DNA of 64,000 nt from Gammaproteobacteria bacterium. GTDB taxonomy: Bacteria; Pseudomonadota; Gammaproteobacteria; JAJFKG01. The translations under genes and the position numbers were made by a program. This document shows positions 10,285 through 20,221 of the stretch, piece after piece. Position 1 is the stretch's first letter, and every line of letters starts with the position of its first letter. The stretch is from the NCBI GenBank assembly GCA_965116795.1, contig OZ220716.1, positions 256,001 through 320,000 on the forward strand. The letters are read 5' to 3'. The notes under the pieces are model-generated. The model was not told the DNA's origin and searched no databases. It saw nothing but the letters and a program-made list of their open reading frames with translations.

Positions 10285-11426
10285 GTCAACAACACCCCCC
10301 CAATTCAACATTAATACCTAATGAACCCGTGCGCTTTGATGGTAAAGAACTCGATCAATTACTCGCACATTGTATTGGATTAGATGCATCTGATATTACT
10401 ATCCAAACCAATGAAGTCATTTTTGCAGAAATTCATGGCCGTCAAACTCGGATCACTAAACGTGATATCTCTAATACAGAAGTAGGTGATATTATTAATG
10501 GCATTTACGGTTCGAATGCAACGGCACAATTGCTAGGCGGGAATGATTTAGATACCAATTATGAATACCGTCCTAGCCGTGGCGTACGCCATCGTTTTCG
10601 GGTGAATGCTACCAGCTGTCAAGTTGGTGGACATGATGGTATTCAAATTACGTTGCGCACGATTCCACACCAACCACCCACATTAGATTCGCTTGATTTA
10701 CCACCTGCTATTCTAGAAGCAATTGCACCACATCAAGGGATTGTATATGTCACCGGTGCGACTGGTTCGGGTAAAAGTACATTATTAGCATCGATCATCC
10801 GCGAACTGGTTGAACGTGAAGACAGTCATCGCAAAGTATTAACCTATGAAGCACCGATTGAATTTGTTTACGACATGTTAAACAAACCAACGGCCATCAT
10901 TAGTCAAGCAGAAATCCCTCGTCATTTACCCAGTTTTGCTGCCGGTGTACGCAATGCACTACGACGTAGTCCCGGTCTGATTTTGGTGGGAGAATCGCGT
11001 GATACAGAAACGATTTCGGCATCGATTGAAGCTGCATTAACAGGTCATCCAGTGTATACCACTTTACACAGTAACGGTGTCCCAGAAACGATTCGCCGGT
11101 TAGTCGCCAGCTTTCCTGCTGATGAACGTGTTGGACGGATCATCGATATTTTAGAAACGGTACGTTTGGTTATTTGGCAAAAGCTAGTGCCAACGGTTGA
11201 TGGTAAACGTGTTGCATTGCGTGAATATTTAGTGTTTGATGAGCACGTGCGTGACGAATTGATCAGTGCACCAGCTGATCAAATTATTCAACGTACCCGT
11301 GAATTATTACATTCACATGGACAACCAATGATAGTGGACGCCAAACAAAAATTAGCAGCTGGGATCATCGCACAACGTGAATATAATGTGTTGGCAGCAG
11401 GAGCAAAGTTAGCAGACAAATTATAA
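10281..11426 (+). CDS. dotB: Dot/Icm PilT-like ATPase DotB
   Basis: ASDITIQT; Walker A GATGSGKS; YEAPIEFVYD; TGHPVYTTLH; ATGA coupling to dotC. Confidence 0.96.
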   Translation: MSQQHPPNSTLIPNEPVRFDGKELDQLLAHCIGLDASDITIQTNEVIFAEIHGRQTRITKRDISNTEVGDIINGIYGSNATAQLLGGNDLDTNYEYRPSRGVRHRFRVNATSCQVGGHDGIQITLRTIPHQPPTLDSLDLPPAILEAIAPHQGIVYVTGATGSGKSTLLASIIRELVEREDSHRKVLTYEAPIEFVYDMLNKPTAIISQAEIPRHLPSFAAGVRNALRRSPGLILVGESRDTETISASIEAALTGHPVYTTLHSNGVPETIRRLVASFPADERVGRIIDILETVRLVIWQKLVPTVDGKRVALREYLVFDEHVRDELISAPADQIIQRTRELLHSHGQPMIVDAKQKLAAGIIAQREYNVLAAGAKLADKL

Positions 11427-11461
11427 CGTAAACTCACCCTAAAACTCACCCTAATTACCGG

Positions 11462-14400
11462 TTACTCTGTTTTAACCCCTCCCCCTCCTTTTTTATTACC
11501 AATGTATTTCCCACCTTTTTCTATCAAGGCAGAACCCGCAGTGCCACTACTAGAGAGTTTCTGCAAGCCTTCACCACCTGCTCTACCAAGCGGTTCAGTA
11601 CCCGATTTAACTTCACCAAGTGATTGTTGTTCACCCTGTTCAAAGGTAGCATGTTGTCCACCTATCCAACGCAGCACTCGGTTAGACAATTCTGTCATTA
11701 AGCCAAAACTCTTGTTACATAAAATTGTCATTACTAAACTATATATCATGATAACGCCTAATCCAGATAATAACCCTAACTTACTATTAAATACGCTAGC
11801 TACCATGTTTAGAAATCCCATATTAATCACAGCCGATCCAATGTAAATGGCAATCATCGCAATGACAAACCCAAAAATCATTAACATTGGTCGCATAAAC
11901 AATCCGAACGACAATAAGATAGCGGGTCTGGCTTGACCAAACACATCATGTCCCTCGGGAGCAATGACACCTAACGCAACAATCGGCGCGGCAACCATCA
12001 TTTCGATAACTGATAACACCCAACCAAACACACATAGCAAACTTAATATATACGGCATAAACGGTATCCAAATTGACAGCAAGAACCCCGAACCAAATAT
12101 GATGATCATAAGTGGTGCTGTCATTCCTTGTAACCAAGTTATCATACTACTCATGCCTTTCATAATAACACTTGCACCTTCAGCAAGAGTCCCAAACCCA
12201 GGAACAGCTCCGATAGCTGATGCTACACCACCAGCTATTGTTAATCCTTCAATCAATAGTAGACCATTTATCCAAATATCCATGACGCCAGTTAATTGTG
12301 CCCTGCCTAATTGTTGCAACATCAGGATCGGATTAGCTGGACCAGTATTGTCAGCAGCAGTATTGTCTTCAATTTTGCCCCAAAGAGAGTAAACCAGTGT
12401 TTTATTCCACGATTCAACAAGCGCAGCCATACCAAATGTAAAAATATCAAATAAAGTTCGAGTAAAACCACTCATCATTTTGCTGTCAAAATCATATTTG
12501 ATGTCGTATTTTGGTTTTTTATACTGATCTAGTAATGTTGACTCATCATGATTATAGCTATCGACAGTATACTGATGTACTTGGTCATCGCTAGTTGCAA
12601 TATAATCACTTATCGCTGCTTTTATTGTATCAAAATCTCTTTTGTTATCTTTATCCTCAACAACATACATTTTAGTACTAGATATAGACAATGATCTTTT
12701 TTCGGCATGATCCCACTTGGCAAGTTCATAAAAATATTCACCTGCATCTGCCCAGCCTGCGTGTTTGATATGATTTCGGATTGTTTCAGTTGAGTCAGCA
12801 ACATTATCTGTATCAGTATTACTATTTCCTGAGTACAACAGAGCATTATAATCTTGAATCGATTTCACAACACACCCATATTTAGCAACAACGTTATCCT
12901 TTCCACAAACAGTTTCTCCCTCATCATTTGTTTTCTCTCCGCCTTTACCATCATTAGCTGCCAAGCTACTTGCACCTTTCAAATTGTCGTAGATATTTTT
13001 CATTGTGTTGATGATTTTTTTGTTAAAAACATCATCTATTTCAGTACGATAACCTCCCTGACCATCCGGAATTTTTTTAGTTGGCAATGTCCATTTAAGA
13101 CCACCACAGATTGGTTTTTTTGGATTAGTGGCCTTTTCATTATAGTTAATAATTTTGGAGTTAGGGTCGACTTGAGTCGAAGGCCTGTCTAGAACGCCAC
13201 CAAGATTTATTTGGGTTTTGGGATTATACACTTTAATATAGCCTTCTTTGGTGGTGTGTGGATATTCATGTGGCGTAATCTCTCCATTATCATTTGTGTG
13301 ACTAAGCTTAATTGCACATGCTTGCTGTTCATACATCGCTATGATAACTGGATATATTGCACTCATTGCTGCTGGTTGATTAATCGATAACGCACTCATC
13401 GAGTATATTGTTTTTTCATTCACTAATTTATCTACAGCAGTCGACCACATCATGTTAGCCGCTGCTACTCCAGCTAACACGATATACATTACAAGTTTTT
13501 GCGCTAAACAATAACCACCTGCTTGTGGTACTAACATTGCCACGGCTAATGCGGCACGTAATGGGATCCACAACGACTTCCATTCACCCATGACCTTACC
13601 TTCATGAGCTGTAGTTAATGTCCCGATAAACACGATATACATTAAGATAACAACAGCAAACACTAACATCCAACTGTTAAATACTCTGAATAATTCTCCA
13701 ATCACAGATGCACCAAAACTGTCAGGCACATTCGAATTAAACATGCCATCAAAATCACCAAATAATTGTTTTAAGTAACCCAAAGAATAATCAGTAGCAG
13801 GTAAATAATTCGAAATAACTGATAGTAAACCGTGGTAAGTAGTTTGTGTTGATTCTTGTAAATCCGTACTCAAGTCGTATCCAGATGCACTATCTAATAT
13901 AGAAGAGTCACTTCCTATGCCGAGTTCTGCTATTGCCGCTTCCTCATCTTCAGTAGACATAGACGTTTGTATATCGTAATCCTCGCTTACTGTGAAGTCT
14001 CCAGTGTTTTGGTATGGTTGAGTTGTAAACCCATTGTATGGTGACGATGACCCTCCTGATGCACCATACAACTCGGCGTCAGATAGCGTATTCTGTTGTG
14101 TCTGTTGTGCTGGAGGATCATATTGCATTAGTGGGGATTGGGAAATGCTTTGGTCAAGAGCAGAGCCAAATCCAGAATCAACACTAACTTCGTGTGGTTT
14201 GTATTGCGAGCCAGCTCTTGATCGAGTACCACGTGTAACATCCTGTTGCTCTCCGTACTCAAAACTAGGTACTGAAGTTGATAAACCATCATTTGTGGTA
14301 GTTATACCAGATGTCTGCATGGATGAGGCTGCATCAATACTATCTAATGTTTGTTGTATTTGTTCATCATCAATATCCTGAATCAACTCATCTATTTCAG

Positions 14401-14533
14401 CCTCTTCATCTTGTTGAGACTGTGTATAATATGTTGTCAGCCAATTTGGATTTTCAACAGACGAATTAGTATCTGCCAACGCAATCGATGACGCGAACAG
14501 GATTGACAAATATAATAACTGACTTAGTCTCAC
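11462..14533 (-). CDS. dotA: Dot/Icm membrane protein DotA (TraY-like) with N-terminal acidic insertion
   Basis: PATDYSLGYLKQLFG, TAHEG..MG, SLWIPLR, GVAAAN, IPFMPY, IEMMVAAP, PEGH, FMRPMLMIFG. Confidence 0.92.
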   Translation of the reverse strand: MRLSQLLYLSILFASSIALADTNSSVENPNWLTTYYTQSQQDEEAEIDELIQDIDDEQIQQTLDSIDAASSMQTSGITTTNDGLSTSVPSFEYGEQQDVTRGTRSRAGSQYKPHEVSVDSGFGSALDQSISQSPLMQYDPPAQQTQQNTLSDAELYGASGGSSSPYNGFTTQPYQNTGDFTVSEDYDIQTSMSTEDEEAAIAELGIGSDSSILDSASGYDLSTDLQESTQTTYHGLLSVISNYLPATDYSLGYLKQLFGDFDGMFNSNVPDSFGASVIGELFRVFNSWMLVFAVVILMYIVFIGTLTTAHEGKVMGEWKSLWIPLRAALAVAMLVPQAGGYCLAQKLVMYIVLAGVAAANMMWSTAVDKLVNEKTIYSMSALSINQPAAMSAIYPVIIAMYEQQACAIKLSHTNDNGEITPHEYPHTTKEGYIKVYNPKTQINLGGVLDRPSTQVDPNSKIINYNEKATNPKKPICGGLKWTLPTKKIPDGQGGYRTEIDDVFNKKIINTMKNIYDNLKGASSLAANDGKGGEKTNDEGETVCGKDNVVAKYGCVVKSIQDYNALLYSGNSNTDTDNVADSTETIRNHIKHAGWADAGEYFYELAKWDHAEKRSLSISSTKMYVVEDKDNKRDFDTIKAAISDYIATSDDQVHQYTVDSYNHDESTLLDQYKKPKYDIKYDFDSKMMSGFTRTLFDIFTFGMAALVESWNKTLVYSLWGKIEDNTAADNTGPANPILMLQQLGRAQLTGVMDIWINGLLLIEGLTIAGGVASAIGAVPGFGTLAEGASVIMKGMSSMITWLQGMTAPLMIIIFGSGFLLSIWIPFMPYILSLLCVFGWVLSVIEMMVAAPIVALGVIAPEGHDVFGQARPAILLSFGLFMRPMLMIFGFVIAMIAIYIGSAVINMGFLNMVASVFNSKLGLLSGLGVIMIYSLVMTILCNKSFGLMTELSNRVLRWIGGQHATFEQGEQQSLGEVKSGTEPLGRAGGEGLQKLSSSGTAGSALIEKGGKYIGNKKGGGGVKTE

Positions 14534-14568
14534 TGTATACTCCGAGTGCTTATTGATAGCTGGCTATT

Positions 14569-15072
14569 TTATTTATTGGTTTTTTTACTGACGTTTTTTT
14601 GTGTTGTCGCCACATCACGACTCTGTGTTGTTTTCACTTCACTATGCCACCACTCTGCTAATGAACAACCTAACTTCTTATGCTTTAATTGAAACGCCCA
14701 AAAGTGATAACGAAATGCATAAGTTAACCCCAAACCGGTAACACCCAAGCCCAATAGAAATGCCATGATTTCACCTTGGAATGCCAAATAGATAGCATAA
14801 GCAAAACATAAAATAGCAATAGCAAAAAAGATCAATGCTATTTGTCCAAAGCTATGTTGACGTTGCTCAATTTCAGCATCGGTTAATTGATAGCGTTTCA
14901 CCGCTTCAGTAAAGTTTTCTTTACGTGTAGCTTCTTCTTTCTTAAAGGTATCTTTACCGATATCTTTGACTAGCTTAGTAGTGTCCTTTAATTCACGAAT
15001 ACCTAAAATACCTTTGATCGGTAACTTAGGTAAAAAGGTTTTACGGAACCCACCAAAAATGGACTTAAACAT
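14569..15072 (-). CDS. icmV: Dot/Icm IcmV
   Basis: Two TMs; AFRYHFWAFQLKHKKLGCS..EW. Confidence 0.93.
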   Translation of the reverse strand: MFKSIFGGFRKTFLPKLPIKGILGIRELKDTTKLVKDIGKDTFKKEEATRKENFTEAVKRYQLTDAEIEQRQHSFGQIALIFFAIAILCFAYAIYLAFQGEIMAFLLGLGVTGLGLTYAFRYHFWAFQLKHKKLGCSLAEWWHSEVKTTQSRDVATTQKNVSKKTNK

Positions 15073-15359
15073 AACACCTGCTCCCTATGTGCCTAATAAT
15101 TTTCACTTACTCTATATAGAAAGACTCGAATTTAAGCAAATTTGCAATGAGAATCAATTCTTTTTTGCATTTATTTGTTCTAAAATATAGCATAACTTAG
15201 TAATTATTTTGAACAAAACCACTATAACTTAATGAAAAAAGCCTGTTTTTATATTTCAGTCATTAAACTGTTAATTTGCCAATAAAATATCCATCCATAT
15301 GCATTATTAGTAGTTGTCCGGTAAAAAAGGTGATTATCAGATTTTTTCTCTTCTTCGGC

Positions 15360-15479
15360 CGTCACTTCGCGGCTTGACCGTGGGATATAGAGAACGGCAC
15401 TCGGGATTAGAAAAATGGGATGGATATCAAAACAATAAGCACGATTCCTTGGATCCCGCGATCAAGTCGCGGGATGACG
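15360..15479. repeat. RPE-4-like palindromic element
   Basis: gtcacttcgcggcttgaccgtgggat...atcccgcgatcaagtcgcgggatgac imperfect IR; translates ...LDPAIKSRDD. Confidence 0.75.
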
Positions 15480-15677
15480 CCCATAGGGAGGAATAGGTGC
15501 ATTACTTGTGTAGAGACCTATGGGGTAGCCACAGGATGATCACTGTCAGGAAACGGTAGAATAATAGAGCCTGACATGGTAGTTGTATATGGACAAGTCA
15601 CAAATGATGAAAGTTAAACAATTAAGATCTCAAATATAACACTATCTGCAGCAAGCCGTTATAATGTATTTTAAATG

Positions 15678-15850
15678 TAACTATTCAGCCGATCGTTACG
15701 TTACTAAAAAACGTCAGCTTTGATTGGAGGTTGTCAGAAAATGTAACCAAAAAAGCGCAGTGTATTGGGCATACATGAGCACTTTTTAGTTACATTTTCT
15801 GGCAAGATCCACCAAAGATGGCGTTTTCCTTAATAGAGCCTGAGCAGTTA
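15678..15850 (+). repeat. Palindromic MITE family B, copy 1
   Basis: TIR taactattcag/ctgagcagtta; core gcgcagtgtat-tgggc-atacatgagc; inverted copy at 44166-44338. Confidence 0.88.
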
Positions 15851-15869
15851 TTAACGTAAGGATATCAAT

Positions 15870-16319
15870 ATGCCGTCATTAGCCATGAAAGATGTTCATC
15901 AATTTTGGAAAAATTACCAAGATCCGACAATTTATCGTGTGATTGCATTTATGGAAAGTGTTGAGAATTGGACACGTGATGGTGAAACAGATTTAGAAAC
16001 CGCGTTAGACCGCTTAGGTCAGCAACTTGACACCATTGGTGACTATGCTGTTGGTGAAGAAGAAAATTTGACTAAGTTGGCTTGTCATGTACGCATGTCA
16101 CGCACGTTACGCTTAATGCAATTGCTTGATAGCGCACACCCTGGTGCCGCATCTAAATTATTAATGTATGCTGAGAAAAACAGTAAACAACGCAGTGATC
16201 CAGCTGGATTATTCTTACGTCGTAATATTGTATTTGAACGATTGCGTTTATTAGGCCGGGTATTTTCTGCTGAACGTTTAGCATTAGCATTACGTGTATT
16301 GGAGGGAGAAGATGCCTAA
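15870..16319 (+). CDS. icmW: Dot/Icm adaptor IcmW
   Basis: FW..YQDP.IYRVI.FMESVENWT.DG; HPGAASKLL; FLRRNIVFERLRLL.RVF. Confidence 0.96.
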   Translation: MPSLAMKDVHQFWKNYQDPTIYRVIAFMESVENWTRDGETDLETALDRLGQQLDTIGDYAVGEEENLTKLACHVRMSRTLRLMQLLDSAHPGAASKLLMYAEKNSKQRSDPAGLFLRRNIVFERLRLLGRVFSAERLALALRVLEGEDA

Positions 16320-16731
16320 AACCATTGTTAACATACTTGTTAGTCTTTTATGTTTGATTGGGATAAGTTCTGCATTTGCCGTATCAGCCAAGAATACCAC
16401 ACCGGACTATTCGAAAATACGCCAATATATCACTCAAATTGTTAATAACAGCATCATATTGCAACAACAAAAATCTAATATCAATTTTCCACAAACGCCA
16501 TTTGCCCCATTACACACACTGATGCGACAAGGGCTCCAATCGCAAAAAGACTCAGCATTAGTCACGCCAATCAATACGCAAGTGACTCAACCCGTTCGTC
16601 AACCAATAAGCACACTTCCAACAAAAACAATTATCAAACAAACTGCGCCTGCTAAGCTAAACACAGGCATTGGCAACGTACCTGAAGACAATCAGCAAAA
16701 TGACTCAGATGGAATACAATTTAACTTCTAA
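16312..16731 (+). CDS. Secreted hypothetical protein between icmW and icmX
   Basis: ATG overlaps icmW stop; signal peptide ending SAFA; Q/P/T-rich. Confidence 0.7.
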   Translation: MPKTIVNILVSLLCLIGISSAFAVSAKNTTPDYSKIRQYITQIVNNSIILQQQKSNINFPQTPFAPLHTLMRQGLQSQKDSALVTPINTQVTQPVRQPISTLPTKTIIKQTAPAKLNTGIGNVPEDNQQNDSDGIQFNF

Positions 16732-16760
16732 TGTAATTGGAGCATGAGGTAGCCAATAAT

Positions 16761-17771
16761 ATGCGTACGTTATTTATTTACTTAAAGCAATGTTTAGTGA
16801 CAATTATTTTATTGTTAACAATCAGTACTGTTAGTATTGCACAGACAGCAAATAATAATACCAATGTTCATCCATCACTCAATTCCACAAATCAATTACT
16901 ATGGATACTACTGGATTATATTAATCGTACAGTCAATGCTTCCGTTAAAACACAAGAAAATTTACTGTATCAACCCACACCTGAACTGGAAAATACAATG
17001 TCATTAGGGACAGGGCAAGTACTTAGCCAACCTGCAACCCAGTCCATTGCCCATCAAGATTTATTAGATAGCTTGAAATTATTGACGACTACCCATAATA
17101 ATTTTAAGATTATCAAAAAAGTATCAAAACAAGTACCGATCAACACTACATTGCTTAATAAACTTGGCAAAGGGTTTGATTTAAATTCACTGATTGGTAC
17201 AACTAATTTAGATGACAAACAAATTAAAATGGCTAGGAATTACATTGCATTTGCTGGTGGTTTGGTCAAACCCTATGAAGTGATTAAACCTAAAGATTTT
17301 AAAGACGATTTGCGCAGTGTACATCGCTATAAAGTACAATTAGGGATTAATCTAGCACGTACTGCTGCTGCAATCAGTACATTATATTATTTTCTAGCTG
17401 AACGCACACCACAAGATAATTTAGGCGTATTAGCACAAATACCTGTTAATCAACAAGGACTCATTGATTTTAATAGTGATAAAGCACTCAGCAAAGTCAG
17501 CCCATTAATGATAGAAAAATATCAAGCAGAAAAACGCGCGGCTAACCCAATGTGGTATCAAAATATGGAACATGCCGAACCTGCTACATTGCAACGTGAA
17601 ACACTACATATTATGGCAAGCATTCAAAAATCATTATTTGATATGCGTATGTTAATGGAACGCCAAACAGCATTGTTAGCTTTAATGACGCTGCAACAGA
17701 ACGAAGAACAACAAGAAGAGTTATTAGAGTCTACACGAAAAGATATTTTTACTGAGAAGGCAAATGGATAA
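16761..17771 (+). CDS. icmX: Dot/Icm periplasmic protein IcmX
   Basis: Signal peptide; FDLNSLIG, ARNYIAFA, ERTPQ, W...M..A.PATLQRE, ERQTALLA; operon position. Confidence 0.85.
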   Translation: MRTLFIYLKQCLVTIILLLTISTVSIAQTANNNTNVHPSLNSTNQLLWILLDYINRTVNASVKTQENLLYQPTPELENTMSLGTGQVLSQPATQSIAHQDLLDSLKLLTTTHNNFKIIKKVSKQVPINTTLLNKLGKGFDLNSLIGTTNLDDKQIKMARNYIAFAGGLVKPYEVIKPKDFKDDLRSVHRYKVQLGINLARTAAAISTLYYFLAERTPQDNLGVLAQIPVNQQGLIDFNSDKALSKVSPLMIEKYQAEKRAANPMWYQNMEHAEPATLQRETLHIMASIQKSLFDMRMLMERQTALLALMTLQQNEEQQEELLESTRKDIFTEKANG

Positions 17772-17785
17772 GCTACATTTCTTCA

Positions 17786-17820
17786 CGTTACCAAAAAACG
17801 TCAGCATTGAGTCAAGGTTA
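17786..17820 (+). repeat. Fragment of MITE family B
   Basis: acgttaccaaaaaacgtcagc matches about 15698-15718. Confidence 0.6.
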
Positions 17821-17832
17821 CATAAGCAACTA

Positions 17833-18777
17833 CTACTGTTGTAACCAACCCATATAACGCGCTACCCCCTCAGCAACTGGGAAAAAATCACTGTCATAAC
17901 CGACTTGACGTAACGCACTAATATCAGCTTGGGTAAAGCTTTGATAACATCCACGTAATCTATCTGGAAAAGGAATATAGTGTACTTTACTTTTACCATG
18001 TGCTTGGATCACCGCCTCAGCAATTGCATTAAATGGCTCAGCACGCCCAGTGCCTACATTGAAAATGCCTGATAGATTGGAGCGCTGCATAAACCACAGA
18101 TTTACATCGACAACATCGCCGACAAATACAAAATCACGTAATTGTTCACCATCACCATAACCATCACAACCAGCAAATAGTTTAGGATTCTCACCTGCAG
18201 TCAGTTGCTGATGCAAATGTAATGCAACGCTCGCCATGCCTTTTTTATGTGCTTCACGTGGACCATATACATTAAAATAACGAAATCCAACAATTTGACT
18301 GCGTGCCTTAGGTAATAATCGTCTTACGTACTGGTCAAACAATAATTTAGAATAACCATAAACATTCAACGGTTTTTCATGTGCAGGCTCTTCTACAAAT
18401 GTTTGCGAACCACCATAAATCGCTGCACTGGATGCGTATAAGAAAGGGATCGATTGATCAAGACAATAATGCAATAGTTGCTTTGAATACTCAAAATTAT
18501 TTTGCATCATATACTGTCCATCCCATTCGGTTGTCGATGAACAAGCACCTTGATGAAAAACTGCCTCAATTGGTTTAGAAGGCTTTTTACCTGACGTTAA
18601 CCAAGCAAGAAAATCGTGTTTATCAATATAATCCATGATGTGGCAATCGACTAGATTACGAAACTTCTCACCTTGTTTTAGATTGTCTACCACAACAATG
18701 TCTGTACGTCCTTGCATATTTAACCCACTGACAATGTTGCTACCAATAAATCCGGCACCACCGGTTACAATAATCAT
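17833..18777 (-). CDS. hldD: ADP-L-glycero-D-manno-heptose 6-epimerase
   Basis: [49 protein letters not shown]. Confidence 0.97.
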   Translation of the reverse strand: MIIVTGGAGFIGSNIVSGLNMQGRTDIVVVDNLKQGEKFRNLVDCHIMDYIDKHDFLAWLTSGKKPSKPIEAVFHQGACSSTTEWDGQYMMQNNFEYSKQLLHYCLDQSIPFLYASSAAIYGGSQTFVEEPAHEKPLNVYGYSKLLFDQYVRRLLPKARSQIVGFRYFNVYGPREAHKKGMASVALHLHQQLTAGENPKLFAGCDGYGDGEQLRDFVFVGDVVDVNLWFMQRSNLSGIFNVGTGRAEPFNAIAEAVIQAHGKSKVHYIPFPDRLRGCYQSFTQADISALRQVGYDSDFFPVAEGVARYMGWLQQ

Positions 18778-18790
18778 TACGAACCCCTAT

Positions 18791-20221
18791 TTATTTGCCA
18801 TTATTATTAATCGTTTCCACCATTTTTGTTGTGGAACAACCGTCAATATACGGCAAAATTTTCACTTCGCCACCATGCTCTATCACCACATCAGCACCGG
18901 CCAATTCTTCTGGTTTGTAATCACCACCCTTTACTAAGAAATCAGGTAATATTTCACTAATTAACCGTGCAGGTGTTGCTTCGCTAAACGGTACAACCCA
19001 ATCGACGACACCCAAAGCTGATAATACAGACATGCGTCGTGACAAACTATTAATGGGTCGCCCTACCCCTTTTAATTCTCTAACAGAGTCATCATCATTA
19101 ACCGCCACAATTAAACGATGTCCTAACGCCTTTGCACGCTGTAAATACGCAACGTGTCCTGCATGTAGCAAATCAAAACAACCGTTGGTCATTACGATTT
19201 TTTCACGTTGTGCTTTTGCCTTAGCAACCACATTGAGTAATTGTTCTTCGGTAACCACACCACCATCATGTTCACCGTGTGCACGCATTACCCAACGTAA
19301 TTCCGGTACAGTCACCGTGGCAGCACCTAATTTACTTACGGCAATACTACCCGCTAAATTCGCTAAACTTGCCGCATCAACTAATGAACTACCAGCAGCT
19401 AATGCAGCAGCTAATACGGAAATAACTGTGTCGCCTGCACCCGTCACATCAAATACTTCACGAGCATGTGCCGGCAAGTGCACTGCTGCAGTATGGCGTT
19501 GTACCAATGTCATCCCTTGACTACCACGCGTAATTAATAATGCATCAATATCGTGCGCTTGTAAGACATGCTGTGCTTTGTCAATTAATTCATGATCATT
19601 GTCACATCTACCAACTACTCTTTCAAATTCAGCATAATTTGGTGTGATCACACTAGCCCCACGATAATCCGCAAAATCCGTTGATTTTGGATCAACCAAT
19701 ACAAAACAATTCTGTTTACGCGCTCTACTAATTAAATCACCAATATCTGTTAGTGCACCTTTGCCATAATCAGAAATAATTAACGCGCCTGCTTTTTTCA
19801 ATTGTTTTATTGCTGCTTTAGCTACTTCCCGATGATTGTAATTTGCTTGTTGCGTCTCAAAATCAAGTCGAATCAGCTGTTGCTGTTGTGATAGTACTCG
19901 TAATTTTGTTGTGGTTGGAATAGTTGCATCAGTCACCAAATGACAATCAACATTAGCACTGTTTAATGTGCGTGTTAGATGCTTGCCAGCCTCATCAGTA
20001 CCAATTACACCAACCAAGTGAGTTTGTACGTTTAGCGATACTAAATTTAGTGCAACATTACCAGCACCACCAGGACGTTCATCACAGTCGGTAACATGTA
20101 CAACGGGCACCGGTGCTTCCGGTGAAATGCGCTTTGTGTGGCCACGCCAATAACGATCTAACATCACATCGCCAACTACTAGCACACTGGCTTGATCAAA
20201 TTCAGGGACTGTTAATGACAT
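18791..20221 (-). CDS. hldE: Bifunctional heptose 7-phosphate kinase / heptose 1-phosphate adenylyltransferase
   Basis: RISPEAPVPV, DVTGAGDT, TNGCFDLLHAGH. Confidence 0.97.
   Translation of the reverse strand: MSLTVPEFDQASVLVVGDVMLDRYWRGHTKRISPEAPVPVVHVTDCDERPGGAGNVALNLVSLNVQTHLVGVIGTDEAGKHLTRTLNSANVDCHLVTDATIPTTTKLRVLSQQQQLIRLDFETQQANYNHREVAKAAIKQLKKAGALIISDYGKGALTDIGDLISRARKQNCFVLVDPKSTDFADYRGASVITPNYAEFERVVGRCDNDHELIDKAQHVLQAHDIDALLITRGSQGMTLVQRHTAAVHLPAHAREVFDVTGAGDTVISVLAAALAAGSSLVDAASLANLAGSIAVSKLGAATVTVPELRWVMRAHGEHDGGVVTEEQLLNVVAKAKAQREKIVMTNGCFDLLHAGHVAYLQRAKALGHRLIVAVNDDDSVRELKGVGRPINSLSRRMSVLSALGVVDWVVPFSEATPARLISEILPDFLVKGGDYKPEELAGADVVIEHGGEVKILPYIDGCSTTKMVETINNNGK

Noticed and set aside
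11430-11454. 12-bp tandem duplication aaactcacccta between dotB and dotA
   Set aside because: Two copies only; likely slippage
15073-15869. PmrA or CpxR boxes upstream of icmV/icmW
   Set aside because: Only TTAA-N4-TTAA and isolated GTAAA found by eye; spacing does not fit the consensus
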